DNA of 64,000 nucleotides from assembly GCA_037447605.1 (NCBI GenBank), contig CM074814.1, positions 2,232,001 through 2,296,000 on the forward strand, given 5' to 3'. Positions 39,112 to 50,990 of this stretch are shown piece after piece; position 1 is the stretch's first letter, and every line of letters starts with the position of its first letter. Origin of the DNA: Zygnema circumcarinatum SAG 698-1b. Lineage: Eukaryota; Plantae; Zygnematophyceae. The notes beneath the pieces are model-generated. The model had not been told where the DNA came from. It saw only the letters and a list, made by a program, of their open reading frames with translations, and ran no database searches. The position numbers and the translations under genes are program-made.

Positions 39112-40948
39112 GATATATATATTTTTTGTAGCGTTGTTGCTCTCTGCTTTGGATGTTATAGGGACAGGGTATGCAAAATATGGAATGCAGCATAACATCC
39201 CGCTGCCCCGTTTGTCTCATTCATCATTTTTAAGGCCAACTTTATTTCCATGAATGCTTGCTGGTGTGAGGAGTGAAGAGCCTGTTAAGTGCTGCTAACT
39301 TGCCTTGATGGGCCAGCAGGTTTCTGAACAAGTTTATGAAGATAATGGCGCAAGGTTAAACAGATACTGTCCAGTAGCTAACGTGAGGGTAAATGTTTGG
39401 GGTGGGTTCAGCCCGACAGCCTGTCCGATTTGTCTTGGGCAATTATGAATGAGATGACACGCATGGTGTATCGTGTATCGGAGGATGATGTTGTGCGAGC
39501 ACGTAATCAGGTATGTGTGATGAAGAACTGAGAGACAGGAAAGAGCCCTTTGTGATACTATAGTGCCTATGATGAAGAAGCTTCTGTGCTGGACTATGGT
39601 GGTTGGGCTCCCAGTCGTAATAGTACTCAGGAATACAATGTCAGCGTCAAGTCACAACATGCACGATGAATCACAATTTTTTCCCACTATAAACGTGTCA
39701 AATGCAGGCTGCATGATGACTCCATTCAGACTATGTCTATTCGTTTGCGACCAGATCAACGTTGGAAGGAACTAGCCTCTTATATGTGCTAGAATTAATC
39801 CTTAGACTATGAGTCAAAGTGGCATACCACTTTTTTGACAATGGCCAGAACTTCAGCTCAACAATTTATTGAAGTTTTAGGTTCTCCTGTCGCTTGAATC
39901 CAAGTATGGAGAGTCATTCGGATTCTAGACTTTAGGAATCACTTCTCAGACACATTCGAGGTGGATTATTCTTCTGAACCAGAAAGAGAAGGCTTTCTAA
40001 ATTACACATCTTGACATCTTTAGGGCCTTATCTTCCGGTATAAATAAGTAGGAAGTATATGTGCCTCATGGTGGAATATACATTCATATTTTTCATTGTA
40101 TCACTGCCTGAATGCAGCTGAAATCGAGCCTGCTGCTCCATATGGATGGAACAAGCGCTGTTGCTGAAGACATTGGCCGACAGGTATGTCTATACTTTCC
40201 TACTCGAGGAAGAATATCTTCTCAGATATTTGCAAACCACAACTTCTTTTTGAGTTCCTTTCTTTCCTGGGTGATACAGCTCATTTGATATGCTGTTCTA
40301 TCCCATTCGTGGTTGTGATCTTTTGGTGCAGCTCCTTGTCTATGGTCGACGATTGCCTCTTGCGGAGCTGTTTGCTCGCATTGACGCTGTCGATCCTGAC
40401 ACAGTAAAGAGGGTGGCGGAACGGTTCATTTTTGACAAGGTATTGTTTCAGGCACTATTGGGTTCAAACATAGCCACTATGGTTTTGCACTGTCTTGTCC
40501 CCTTGCAGCCCCCCCCCCACTTTCCCTTTCAGGCTCCCTTCTTACGTTTTCTATCTCCACCACACTTTCTCTTTCAAGCTCCCTCCCTTTTTCTTGTTCA
40601 GGCTACCTCCCTCGCTCTCTTTCAGGCTCGCGTCCTCCTTCTCTTGCAGGCTCTCTTTCACTTTCAGCCTCTCCCTCTCCCTTACAGCCTCCTTCCCTCT
40701 CTCTCTCTCTCTTCGCAGTGGAATGTAGAAGCTGATCCCGTTGTCCCGGCAGCTTCTTGTTTGTCCCTTGCATGGGAACTCTGAAACACATCAGACTTGA
40801 AATATAAGTCCTTCACTCACCAAATCTCACCTCTGAAACTGTTCCTGTTGCCTCCTTACAGGACGTAGCAATCACTGCTATGGGCCCCACTCAGTTCCTT
40901 CCCGACTATACTTGGTTCCGCCGCCGCACCTTCTGGCTTCGCTACTAA
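36997..40948 (+). CDS. MPPB: Mitochondrial processing peptidase beta subunit (M16), about 9 exons
   Basis: Presequence; [11 protein letters not shown]; [11 protein letters not shown]; [11 protein letters not shown] (HxxEH); AYTSREQT; HYTGPRMV; [16 protein letters not shown]. Confidence 0.96.
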
Positions 40949-41728
40949 GTGTTAAATTTTACCATTTGGGAGAGCCTAGAAGGAAACAAGCAGGGCTGTT
41001 GAACGAGCCAAGTCCGGTCAACTCTGGTCAACTCTAGGCAGGCGCACCATCCCAAGCAATTGGAGAATACATCGGTCGGTTTAGTGAAGTTTAGGTAAGG
41101 AAGGGAAAGCCCTCAGCTTTTAGGTCGAACTATTGGCTGGGCAATGGTTGGTACTCTCACAATTCTTGTGGATATAATATGGGGGCCAGCGTCGAGCAAT
41201 TGATCGGCCTGTTCCGGAGCGCTGTCAAACACCTCTCTCTCTCTCTGTTTCACAAATGCGTTTTGGAAGTTGGGAGCTGGACAGGAAGAGTAAGGGCCTT
41301 CCCTGCATATGGGGAAGTATGTGGTCGAACTGGTTAGGGCTGGCTTTCTTATCGCAGTGTGACTGGAGGAGAGCTGGGGAAGTTCACTCGAATATCCTAA
41401 AAACCCCAAAAAACCCTAAAACCCTACAACCCAAAATTCTAAAATCGTAAAACTGTAAACCCTAAAAACCTTTGGGAAGAACTGCTTTGAATGCAAGTGA
41501 TGGGCATTGGCGCCGTGGTTGTGAACGTCAGAAAAATCGACCCTTTTTTCGGAATTTGCTTTTTACACATTTTTTGGCTAGATACACCTTTACAAAAAAA
41601 ATCAGGTCTCTGAAAGCCCTAAATAGAATCTGACCGGTTAAAAGGGTGTGTGTTTAGCCAAAAAAGGTGTGTACATAGACCCTAAGATTTTCTGCGGATA
41701 AGATTCCAAGAATTGTACTCACGACAGA

Positions 41729-41844
41729 TCCAACGGTCGTCAGAGAATCTACCTTATATCTAACGGCTGATACTCCGCCAGGTCAGCACTCCACATCCAG
41801 AATTGAAGATCTCACACGTGTGCCCTTGACCTATCCAACGGTCA
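41729..41844 (+). promoter_or_regulatory. Cluster of three MSA-like (MYB3R) elements
   Basis: TCCAACGGTCG, TCTAACGGCTG and TCCAACGGTCA, against the consensus YCYAACGGYYA. Confidence 0.4.
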
Positions 41845-42446
41845 GCATCAACAGTGACTGATTTTCCATTCCATGGGATCTGCTCTTATCCTTCCTCTCA
41901 AAAAATGGTTCAGCAGTTCCTCGTGGTTCCTCATGCTGGTTTTGTTCACCATCAGTTGGTTGGTCAATTTCCAGACTGACACAACTCACGAGCCACACCC
42001 CACATGTGAAGACCACATGACAAGTGATTTTTTTTTTTGCCCCAAAGAAATTGTGATAGTAGGTGGTTTCGAACTTTTGAAAAAGAAAAAACACACTAGT
42101 GTAATTCGAAACCGATACACGAAAATAAGCACTAACATCGAAATAAAAACTACTTTAAAAAACCAACAATTTCCATTTCGATATTTAAGTCTGCACCTCC
42201 AAAATTTGCTAACGCTCTCGAACAAAGGCGTGCGAAAAAATCCTTCGTTCTTTCGAGCTTCTACTTTAACTTACATTTTCCCCGCTGCCTCACTATTCAC
42301 AAAGCAAGCTATAACACTTCAAACCCCACCTCCTTCCCATCTCCCTCTCCCAACTTTCCTCCCCCCTCTCTCCCTCCCCCCCCTCCTCTCAAACCCCACC
42401 ACCTCTTAGTTATAGACCCATCCCCTCCTCCCTCCCTCCCTCCCTC

Positions 42447-42848
42447 TTAATCCTTGTCGACCTGATTGAGCTTCCCCAACCCCTTACAAGTCTTGCACAC
42501 TATCTGCTGATCCTTCCTCGCCGCGTTCGCCCTAAGGGCCCCCGCCCCTCCCGCCCTCACAAAGCCCGCCCCGTCGCAGTCAGGGCAGGTATCCTTCCTC
42601 GAGAAGAAGACGGGGAAGGCGCTGCCAATGAGAGCAATAGCTATTGCTCCGCCAATGAGAAAGTTGGTCCCTTCGGCCGCCACGTCTCCGGCTGCGCAGC
42701 GGACTCGGCTCTTGGAGGGACCCACTTGGACTCGCACAGTTTGCTTCAAAGAGGCGATGGGGCGAGCAAAGGAAGCGAGCTTGGAGGGAGAGGTGAGACT
42801 GGCGGTAGGGTGGAGGGCAACGACTGCAGATTGCGTAGCCATAGCCAT
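42447..42848 (-). CDS. FIP: Thylakoid DnaJ-type zinc-finger protein, FtsH5-interacting protein/SPA-like. CDS intronless; 5'UTR intron of about 1.15 kb.
   Basis: GDVAAEGTNFLIGGAIAIALIGSAFP..RKDTCPDCDGAGFVR..LRANAARKD..IVCKTCKGLGKLNQVDK. Acceptor just upstream of the ATG, donor near 44027 and TATA near 44085. Confidence 0.92.
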   Translation of the reverse strand: MAMATQSAVVALHPTASLTSPSKLASFARPIASLKQTVRVQVGPSKSRVRCAAGDVAAEGTNFLIGGAIAIALIGSAFPVFFSRKDTCPDCDGAGFVRAGGAGALRANAARKDQQIVCKTCKGLGKLNQVDKD

Positions 42849-45430
42849 GGTGTGTGACACAACCTGGAGGACGAGGGAGGGAGGGAGGGAGGAAGGGAGG
42901 GAGGGAGGGAGGAAGGGAGGGAGAGTGTGAGATGTTTTTCCGAGTTACAAGACAAGATGAGCACTCTCACACGATGAGATAAGCAAGAAAGAATGCTGCG
43001 GGTCTAGAACTGCTCGTTCAAGTGTTCATCTAAGGAACCATGACGCTTTTACTTAGAGAGAGGGCGAGAGAGAGAGAGGGGGAAAGAAAAAGAAATGTGG
43101 TTTCAGCTTTCCTTAAAAGGGAAATGCATCGGAGCACATGTTTTGTAGGTAGAATGTGCCGCGTGGTCTGTAAGCAGCAGGCCATGAGAAGCTACGCATG
43201 CAATAAAAATAAAAAATAAAAGGTCCTGCTTGCATATCTGTACTCTCTTCTTCAAGAGTAGGGGAAGTTCAAAGAACAAATGAAACAACTCGGAGAGACG
43301 ACGAAAATATGAAAATAAACCCAAAGAATGATCACTTTCGCATTTATAATAAAAAAACAATAATAATATGCAGACAAATAATAGTAATAATAATATGCAG
43401 ATCTCATCTCCCTCCCCTTTTCATTTCTTCATGGTCAGACGAAAACAAGAAACGCAGCAAACGCGGCTCTCCTTCACATGGTTCAGTATCTTAGGAACAG
43501 ACTAATCTCGTTCGCTTGCATTCACGTTCCATGAAAAGTTTCATTCGAAAAAACCCAGCCCCACCAGCTTCACAAAAGCTCAGAAATAAATACTAGCAGG
43601 AAAGAAAATGCTGACAAGTCAAGACATCATTGCATCGATGCAAACCAAAAGGTTGTCCCCACTCTCTCTCTGCCTCCCTCCATCTGCTCTCTCCCTCTGC
43701 CCCATCCATCCTCCCCTCTCCGCCTTGCCCAGCTTCTCCTCTCTCTCTCTTCCCTACCCCCCCATCTCCCTCCCCTACCTTCTCCATCTCTCCCCCTCTA
43801 ATAGCATTCATCGCTTACCCTCTCCTTCAACAAGACCCTCCTTCTCTCTCCCTTTCCCTCTCCCTCTCCCCCCCAACCCCATCACTCTAACACCATCCCT
43901 AACTCACCTCTCCTTACGACTCCGAGAATGCAGACTATAGCCCCTTAAAGAGACAACCTCCTCTCGGTCTTGTAAGCCCCCGAGCCCCCTTTCGCTGCAG
44001 CAGTAGTAAAGAGAGTAACCCTGCACCTGTTTAATAAGCAAGCTCTTCTGCCAGAAGAAAAACTTCCTCAGGCCTCCACCCTATATATGGAGGGAGGGAA
44101 GGGGGGGGGGGGGGGGGGGGGGGGNNNNNNNNNNGATTGCGTAGCCATAGCCATGGTGTGTGACACAACCTGGAGGACGAGGGAGGGAGGGAGGGAGGAA
44201 GGGAGGGAGGGAGGGAGGAAGGGAGGGAGAGTGTGAGATGTTTTTCCGAGTTACAAGACAAGATGAGCACTCTCACACGATGAGATAAGCAAGAAAGAAT
44301 GCTGCGGGTCTAGAACTGCTCGTTCAAGTGTTCATCTAAGGAACCATGACGCTTTTACTTAGAGAGAGGGCGAGAGAGAGAGAGGGGGAAAGAAAAAGAA
44401 ATGTGGTTTCAGCTTTCCTTAAAAGGGAAATGCATCGGAGCACATGTTTTGTAGGTAGAATGTGCCGCGTGGTCTGTAAGCAGCAGGCCATGAGAAGCTA
44501 CGCATGCAATAAAAATAAAAAATAAAAGGTCCTGCTTGCATATCTGTACTCTCTTCTTCAAGAGTAGGGGAAGTTCAAAGAACAAATGAAACAACTCGGA
44601 GAGACGACGAAAATATGAAAATAAACCCAAAGAATGATCACTTTCGCATTTATAATAAAAAAACAATAATAATATGCAGACAAATAATAGTAATAATAAT
44701 ATGCAGATCTCATCTCCCTCCCCTTTTCATTTCTTCATGGTCAGACGAAAACAAGAAACGCAGCAAACGCGGCTCTCCTTCACATGGTTCAGTATCTTAG
44801 GAACAGACTAATCTCGTTCGCTTGCATTCACGTTCCATGAAAAGTTTCATTCGAAAAAACCCAGCCCCACCAGCTTCACAAAAGCTCAGAAATAAATACT
44901 AGCAGGAAAGAAAATGCTGACAAGTCAAGACATCATTGCATCGATGCAAACCAAAAGGTTGTCCCCACTCTCTCTCTGCCTCCCTCCATCTGCTCTCTCC
45001 CTCTGCCCCATCCATCCTCCCCTCTCCGCCTTGCCCAGCTTCTCCTCTCTCTCTCTTCCCTACCCCCCCATCTCCCTCCCCTACCTTCTCCATCTCTCCC
45101 CCTCTAATAGCATTCATCGCTTACCCTCTCCTTCAACAAGACCCTCCTTCTCTCTCCCTTTCCCTCTCCCTCTCCCCCCCAACCCCATCACTCTAACACC
45201 ATCCCTAACTCACCTCTCCTTACGACTCCGAGAATGCAGACTATAGCCCCTTAAAGAGACAACCTCCTCTCGGTCTTGTAAGCCCCCGAGCCCCCTTTCG
45301 CTGCAGCAGTAGTAAAGAGAGTAACCCTGCACCTGTTTAATAAGCAAGCTCTTCTGCCAGAAGAAAAACTTCCTCAGGCCTCCACCCTATATATGGAGGG
45401 AGGGAAGGGGGGGGGGGGGGGGGGGGGGGG
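42829..45430. repeat. Apparently identical 1.3-kb direct duplication across N gaps (probable assembly artefact)
   Basis: 42829-44124 is repeated at 44135-45430 (offset 1306). Both copies end in poly-G followed by 10 N. Confidence 0.85.
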
Positions 45431-45440
45431 NNNNNNNNNN

Positions 45441-45472
<32 letters not shown>

Positions 45473-46114
45473 CGTGGAGATCTGCGCGTGCTTGAGCGCG
45501 CACGTGAAGAGCGGCTCACGGCCGCCACGCGTGACGTGGATGGATGGTCCCGGGGAGCGGCCTTCCATGCGCGCAGTTCTACGGGACGCGTAGTTCAGCG
45601 CGCAGTTTTACCGGCTCACGTAGACGGATGAAATGGAGGACTCTGATTGGCCGGGAATTGCGCGGGCCAATCGGAAGGGAGCTGAGGGGTGATCTATACG
45701 CCGTAGCGTGAGACGAGAAACGGAGCTGAGGGTTACATTTGTCGCCACGGGTCGCTTCCGTACATTTTGGCTGGCTGGCTGGCTGGCTCCCTCCCTCCCT
45801 AGTCCCTGCCCTTGTCGTGGGCTGTGGGTATAATATAGTGAGGGAGTGCTCTCTCTCCCTCCGCAACATGGTGGTGGCTCTGGCTCGCTAGAGCACACAC
45901 CCTTCCCACCCTCCCTCCCTCCCTCCCTCCCTGCCTGCCTAGCCCATTCAAACCATAGAACACAGAGTGACATTGTCTGCATGTTTTTTGTTTGGGATGG
46001 CACGGTTGCAATGCTCGCGATGGTGAGGGCACCCTCAAAGCGAGGACGGGTGAAGCCAGCCCTTCATGGGACCTAGCGCCCCGACACTGCGTTGTGTTGG
46101 CAACTTGCGCAATT

Positions 46115-46155
46115 GCCATGCCATGCCATGCCATGCCATGCCATGCCATGCCATG
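46115..46155. repeat. (GCCAT)n microsatellite
   Basis: About 8 perfect units. Confidence 0.9.
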
Positions 46156-46257
46156 CGAGAGCAACTTGACCCATATTGTTGTTGGGAGCAAAGGGCATCC
46201 CTAGTGAGAGAAATCAACGTCACTAGGTACCAATCCGTGGACCACAGGAGACACCTT

Positions 46258-46311
46258 CCAATAGAAATGCGCCACGTGTACAATAGTACTTACGTGGCGA
46301 GCTTCCATTGG
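46258..46311. promoter_or_regulatory. CCAAT/G-box inverted dyad upstream of the PPOX-like gene
   Basis: CCAAT agaaatgc GCCACGT N14 ACGTGGC gagcttcc ATTGG. Confidence 0.62.
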
Positions 46312-46556
46312 TCTGGTGCTTGAGTATTGGCCGCAGCGGAGAAACGGCCTTTGCTCGCCTCGCTCTCGCTCACTCTCACATCCCCCTCTCTCCCTCTCGT
46401 CCTCTCGCCCTCCATCTCCCCCTCTCTCCATCTCTCCCACTCTCCCTCTCCACCCTCTCCCTCTCCTCTGCGGGATTTCGCGCTCCGCAGGGAGGGAGCT
46501 TGATGCAGCTGCCGAGCCATATGTAACCCTGATTTAGGGTTGTCTCTTTACCGGCC

Positions 46557-48326
46557 ATGGCCAGTGCGCCTGCCTGGGTGCAGGCCCTTCAGCACGCCAT
46601 CAACCTGAACCGCAGCGCGCGGCATGTCAAGCATGTGCAGGTGGGTGCTTTGCCTGGGTTCATCGGTATTGCGCTTTCATGTGTATCTTATTAAACATCA
46701 TATCAAGGAAAGGGACCGTCACACACACAAAAGCTATCAGATATAGCTGCTTGGAAACATCTTGAACTTTTGCGCAGAGTGAACCGAGGAGTTCTATTGA
46801 TCGTGCATTGTTCCTGAATTAAAAAAAAAATCAGTTCAAGAAAAAACTATTAAAAAAAATCAATATAAGCTGCGGCATCCCCCCCTATTTTTTCTTTTTT
46901 TTTTCATTCTTGAATTTGTTTATAGCTTGCAACAGTGAGGCCAGACGGCAGTCCCGCATGCCGTACGATTGTGTTCCGAAGCTTCTCGAATGATCACCGC
47001 TTACTGTTCTGCACCGATTCCAGGAGCAACAAGGTGAGTTGAACGAGCCTGCTTGTAGGCCTGGACAGCATTTTGCGCGAAGCTGTGGGGGATGCCGAGA
47101 TGAAGTCTGCGAATGACGTAGGATTGTAGGAGAAGTAGGCGTTGAGGAGGCTTTGATCCCATTGTGTGTGAGTTAATATAGAGGCAGCAAAGGATACTGA
47201 AAAAGACGGAAGGAGAAAGAGGCAAAAAGAGGCTAGGACTGATAGAGAGTACTTTTCAGGTGCCTTACCAGTCGAAATTGAGTGCCGATATTGTGAGAGA
47301 GTGAATGGTGTGGGGTATTTGGTGACTTCTAACCAACTTGGTACTGCTCCCTTCCGTCATCGCGTCATATCGTATCGGTGTCTTTTTTTTTTTTTTTTTT
47401 CCATTTTGATGATAGTCTATAAAGACATAGAAGAGAACAATCCGGAGCTATGAGTGGTTGTACGTAAAGTACGGTTGCAATTTGACATCACCAATGTGAC
47501 CCCCCTTTCTGCGAGGCTTCAGGCTGCGGAGGAGTATGGGCATGAGCGGAGAGCGGAAGTGTGTTGGTACTTGACTGTTTCCCGCGAACAGTTTCGGCTC
47601 AAGGGCAGTCTGGACCTTGTGGGCGCGGACTGCAGCGATCTCTTGAAGCAGGAGGAGCGTCTCAAGGTGCGGAGGGTGACTTGAGCAAATGACCAATGAT
47701 GAATGATGTCCAATATCAGCACTTCTGAATGGGTGTGTGCTCTGCACAGAGTCGACAGGATGCTGCATTTGCATCCCTTCTTTAACATGCTAGTGAGTTA
47801 TGTGCTGTAGATCGTTCTCCCTCTCCTTCCTTCCTGCCTCTTCTCTCACTTGCAACCTTTCTCCCTCGCTTCCCTCCTCCCCCTTCCCTTGCGTGTGTCT
47901 TGACTTCTTTTGACTTAACAGTGCATGGAACCTGGGGAGCAGGTGTGGAAAGGAATGTCGGAGGTTGCCAGAGAACAGTTCGGATGGCCACATCCCGGCC
48001 TTCCTCGAGCTGCGAGTGAGCGTCTGTACAGCGGTCCTTCACTTGATCAAGATTCTCTACCTCTTGATACCTTTTGTCTGCTCTCTCTCCTTGTGGAAGA
48101 AGTGGACCACCTTCAGCTCAAGGTGAGAGGCAACCTCTCTCTCTCTCTCTGTCACACTCGTACAAATGGAGTTCAGAAGCATTCTTCACGCCTTCGGACG
48201 AGTCGCTTAGCTAAGCCTTGCCCTTTTATTGACCATGTGAAGGCCAACCGAAGGTTTAAGTATGAGCGGCAACGAGGCGAGAATGCGAACGAGCAAACGT
48301 GGAGCAAAGTAGAAGTCAATCCGTAA
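46557..48326 (+). CDS. Pyridoxamine 5'-phosphate oxidase-like FMN-binding protein (At2g46580-type), multi-exon
   Basis: APAWVQAL..VQ|LATVRPDGSPACRTIVFR; AEVCWYL..REQFRLKG; FCLLSLLVEEVDHLQLK; WSKVEVNP*. Confidence 0.9.
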
Positions 48327-49511
48327 CCTCACTCGGATGCTAATGAGGAGCAGCATCATCACTCACTCTCTAAGGCGAGGCTGTTTGGGACAAGGAGTTG
48401 ATAAAGCATTGGACCAAAAAAAGTCTGTCCGTTTGCAAGGAACCAGAGAGTAACGGTGAAAGAATACGGCTTTTTTCCTATGGCCAGACCTTCACACCGC
48501 CAAATCCTCCATGCAAAGCCATGCAGTTTCCATGGTTCCAGCGTGCGATGTTCTGTGCGCTCTCCAGTTTCACCGAGCGTCATTCCTGCATGCATGAGTT
48601 TGCAATATTCCTGACCACAGTCTGTTCCTCGTGGTTCCCTCCCCATAGTGTTGACTTTGTCCATGTACATTTGATGGCCTCATCACATCATTTTCCCCAT
48701 ATTCCAAGCCACCCACCCATTAATTTATCCTACCGTACCTTCCTCCGATGGCCTACATTTTCCATTGATTACCTCTCCTCTTTCTAGAAAGAAAGAGAGA
48801 GCAGGCCGAGACAGACAAATACAACCTTGGAAAGCTTCTAGCTTTGAAAGTAAACAAGACGGAACGGAGGACTGGAACGGTGCACATAGACATGTAGACC
48901 GACCGACCGACCGAGCCCCAGAAAAGAAATTTAAGGAAATTTGCAGCTATGGCACTGGGCCCTCCCAGGCCCAAGAGAGAAAGACAAATTCGTACGAATG
49001 CCGCCTGTCCGTACCATACGGCGGAGACAAGTACAGTATATGCCGGCCCATGGCAATCCCAACGCCATTAATGACGTACTTTTTTGTCGTACACTAATGT
49101 ACGGTTTTGCCTGGCTGGCAGCCTCCGCTCGCACAGTTACTCACCAGAATGGCCTTTGTGTGTGTCGTTCACCTTCATGCCAAGATCCAGCCGTACAGAT
49201 CAACTTGTCGTTTAGGCAGCGGACGCGCATCCGCACCGTATCCGTTTGCGCCCAAAAGTACGGTATGAAAGAAATGTAAGAAAGAAAGTCTTTTCGATTT
49301 CGGCAAATGGCGGCGCGCCACGTGGCTCTCCGTTCGTGCGGGCGCGCCCGCCCGCCTGCCGGGCCGCGGCCCGAAGCTTTAGGGGGAGGGCGCCTTGCAA
49401 GGTGTGGGCCTGAGAGCAGGGAGGGAGGGAGGGAGTGAGGGACCTGCAGGACTCTTGGAAGGGGGGGGAGGAAGAATTAGGGTTAGCGTTAGGGTGAGGG
49501 GGAGTGCTGGC

Positions 49512-50990
49512 ATGGGACTATGGGGACGCATATTGGAGAACATGCCATTGACAGACATAGAGGAAGCCTTCTCGTTCGGTCCCGAAGTAGGGAGTGGGTC
49601 GCTTGGAGTGGTGAGGCTCTGCTATGAAAGGGTTTCAGGGGAGGTGTTTGCTTGCAAAACCATTCAGAAATGCATATTGAGGGAGGAGGAGAGCATAGAG
49701 GACGTGCGCAGGGAGGTGAAGATAATGCGGCTACTGGCGAGGGAGGCGCATCCGCAGGTGGTGCAGCTGAAAGCGGTGTTTGAAGACTCTGCAAGCCTGC
49801 ATTTGGTGATGGAGTATTGCCGCGGAGGTGAGCTCTTCGGCGTTCTTGCAGAGAGAGGGAACTTCACGGAGCCGGAGGCGGCGGACATATTCAAGCAGAT
49901 AGTGAAGGGTGTGCAGTTCTGCCACTCGCAAGGAATTTTGCATCGCGATTTGAAGCCGGAGAACGTACTGGTGACGGAAACTCTTTCTGGAGAACTCAAG
50001 GGTTTGGGCAGCCATGGCTCCTTCTTGCGAAACTTCAGTATGGGAAGCGCCAGCAGCTCGGGCATCTCACTCACTTCAGAAGACAGCCACCGCGAGGCAC
50101 GGAGCGTTTTCTCCGAGCCTAACACGTGGGAGAGGCTTGATAGTGACAGCTGGCAGGGAGGAAGCCCTAGAAGGCAGGATAGCGTGGGATGGGAGGTGAG
50201 AGGAGGAGTGGAGGGAGCAGCACAGTCGGAAACTGTGGGAGAGCTTCCAACCTCGAGCACGGAAAGCTGGGAGAGAGAGGAAGGCGGTGAATATGATGAC
50301 GACGATATCCATGCAAGCAGAAGTAGCCGAGAGGAAACCAACATGCGAGTAAAGCTCGGAGATTTCGGCCTTGCAGTTTTTATGGATTTGGATGGAAAGC
50401 ACCGCCCTTTAGGCAGCAAGGCCAGCGAGGTTCAGTGCCCTACTCCACTCTACAGTGCGCCGGAGCTCGCGTTTGCAAGGGCGTATGGTAGGGAGGCGGA
50501 TATGTGGAGTCTGGGAGTGATTCTATATGCACTTCTCGGAGGGGAGCTGCCATTCAGGGGTTCAACGCAGAAGGAGCTGGAGCACTGCATTCGAAGAGGG
50601 AGGCTTAAGCTTTCAAGAGGCGCATGGCTTTCTGTTTCTGACTCTGCGAAATCTTTAATCCGGAGTTTGCTTGATACAAACCCGCAGAAGCGGCCGCTTA
50701 CTGCAGAAGTTCTCGAGCATCCATGGGTAGAGCAGGGGCAGCATTTGCACTTGAATAACAACCGGAAACGCCTTGAGCGGTCAAAATCTGTCGGAGCAAA
50801 CAAAATTTTGTCGAGACGAGCACACTTTGAGAGGCTCTTCGTGTGGACTCCCAGCCCTCCTTCTACGCCTAACAGCTGTGCAGGAACTCCAACTAGTAAG
50901 ACTGCAAGCGCACAGGGGAGCAGAACACCGCCGTTCTCTCCTTTTTCGAAATTCTCTGGGAAGACCGCCCATGCTTCGCCACGTGGGTGA
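49512..50990 (+). CDS. Intronless CAMK-group Ser/Thr kinase (CDPK/PEPKR-related catalytic domain, no EF-hands)
   Basis: GSGSLGVV, FACKTI, LHLVMEYCRGGELF, HRDLKPEN, DFG, YSAPE, DMWSLGVILY, all in one ORF. Confidence 0.92.
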   Translation: MGLWGRILENMPLTDIEEAFSFGPEVGSGSLGVVRLCYERVSGEVFACKTIQKCILREEESIEDVRREVKIMRLLAREAHPQVVQLKAVFEDSASLHLVMEYCRGGELFGVLAERGNFTEPEAADIFKQIVKGVQFCHSQGILHRDLKPENVLVTETLSGELKGLGSHGSFLRNFSMGSASSSGISLTSEDSHREARSVFSEPNTWERLDSDSWQGGSPRRQDSVGWEVRGGVEGAAQSETVGELPTSSTESWEREEGGEYDDDDIHASRSSREETNMRVKLGDFGLAVFMDLDGKHRPLGSKASEVQCPTPLYSAPELAFARAYGREADMWSLGVILYALLGGELPFRGSTQKELEHCIRRGRLKLSRGAWLSVSDSAKSLIRSLLDTNPQKRPLTAEVLEHPWVEQGQHLHLNNNRKRLERSKSVGANKILSRRAHFERLFVWTPSPPSTPNSCAGTPTSKTASAQGSRTPPFSPFSKFSGKTAHASPRG

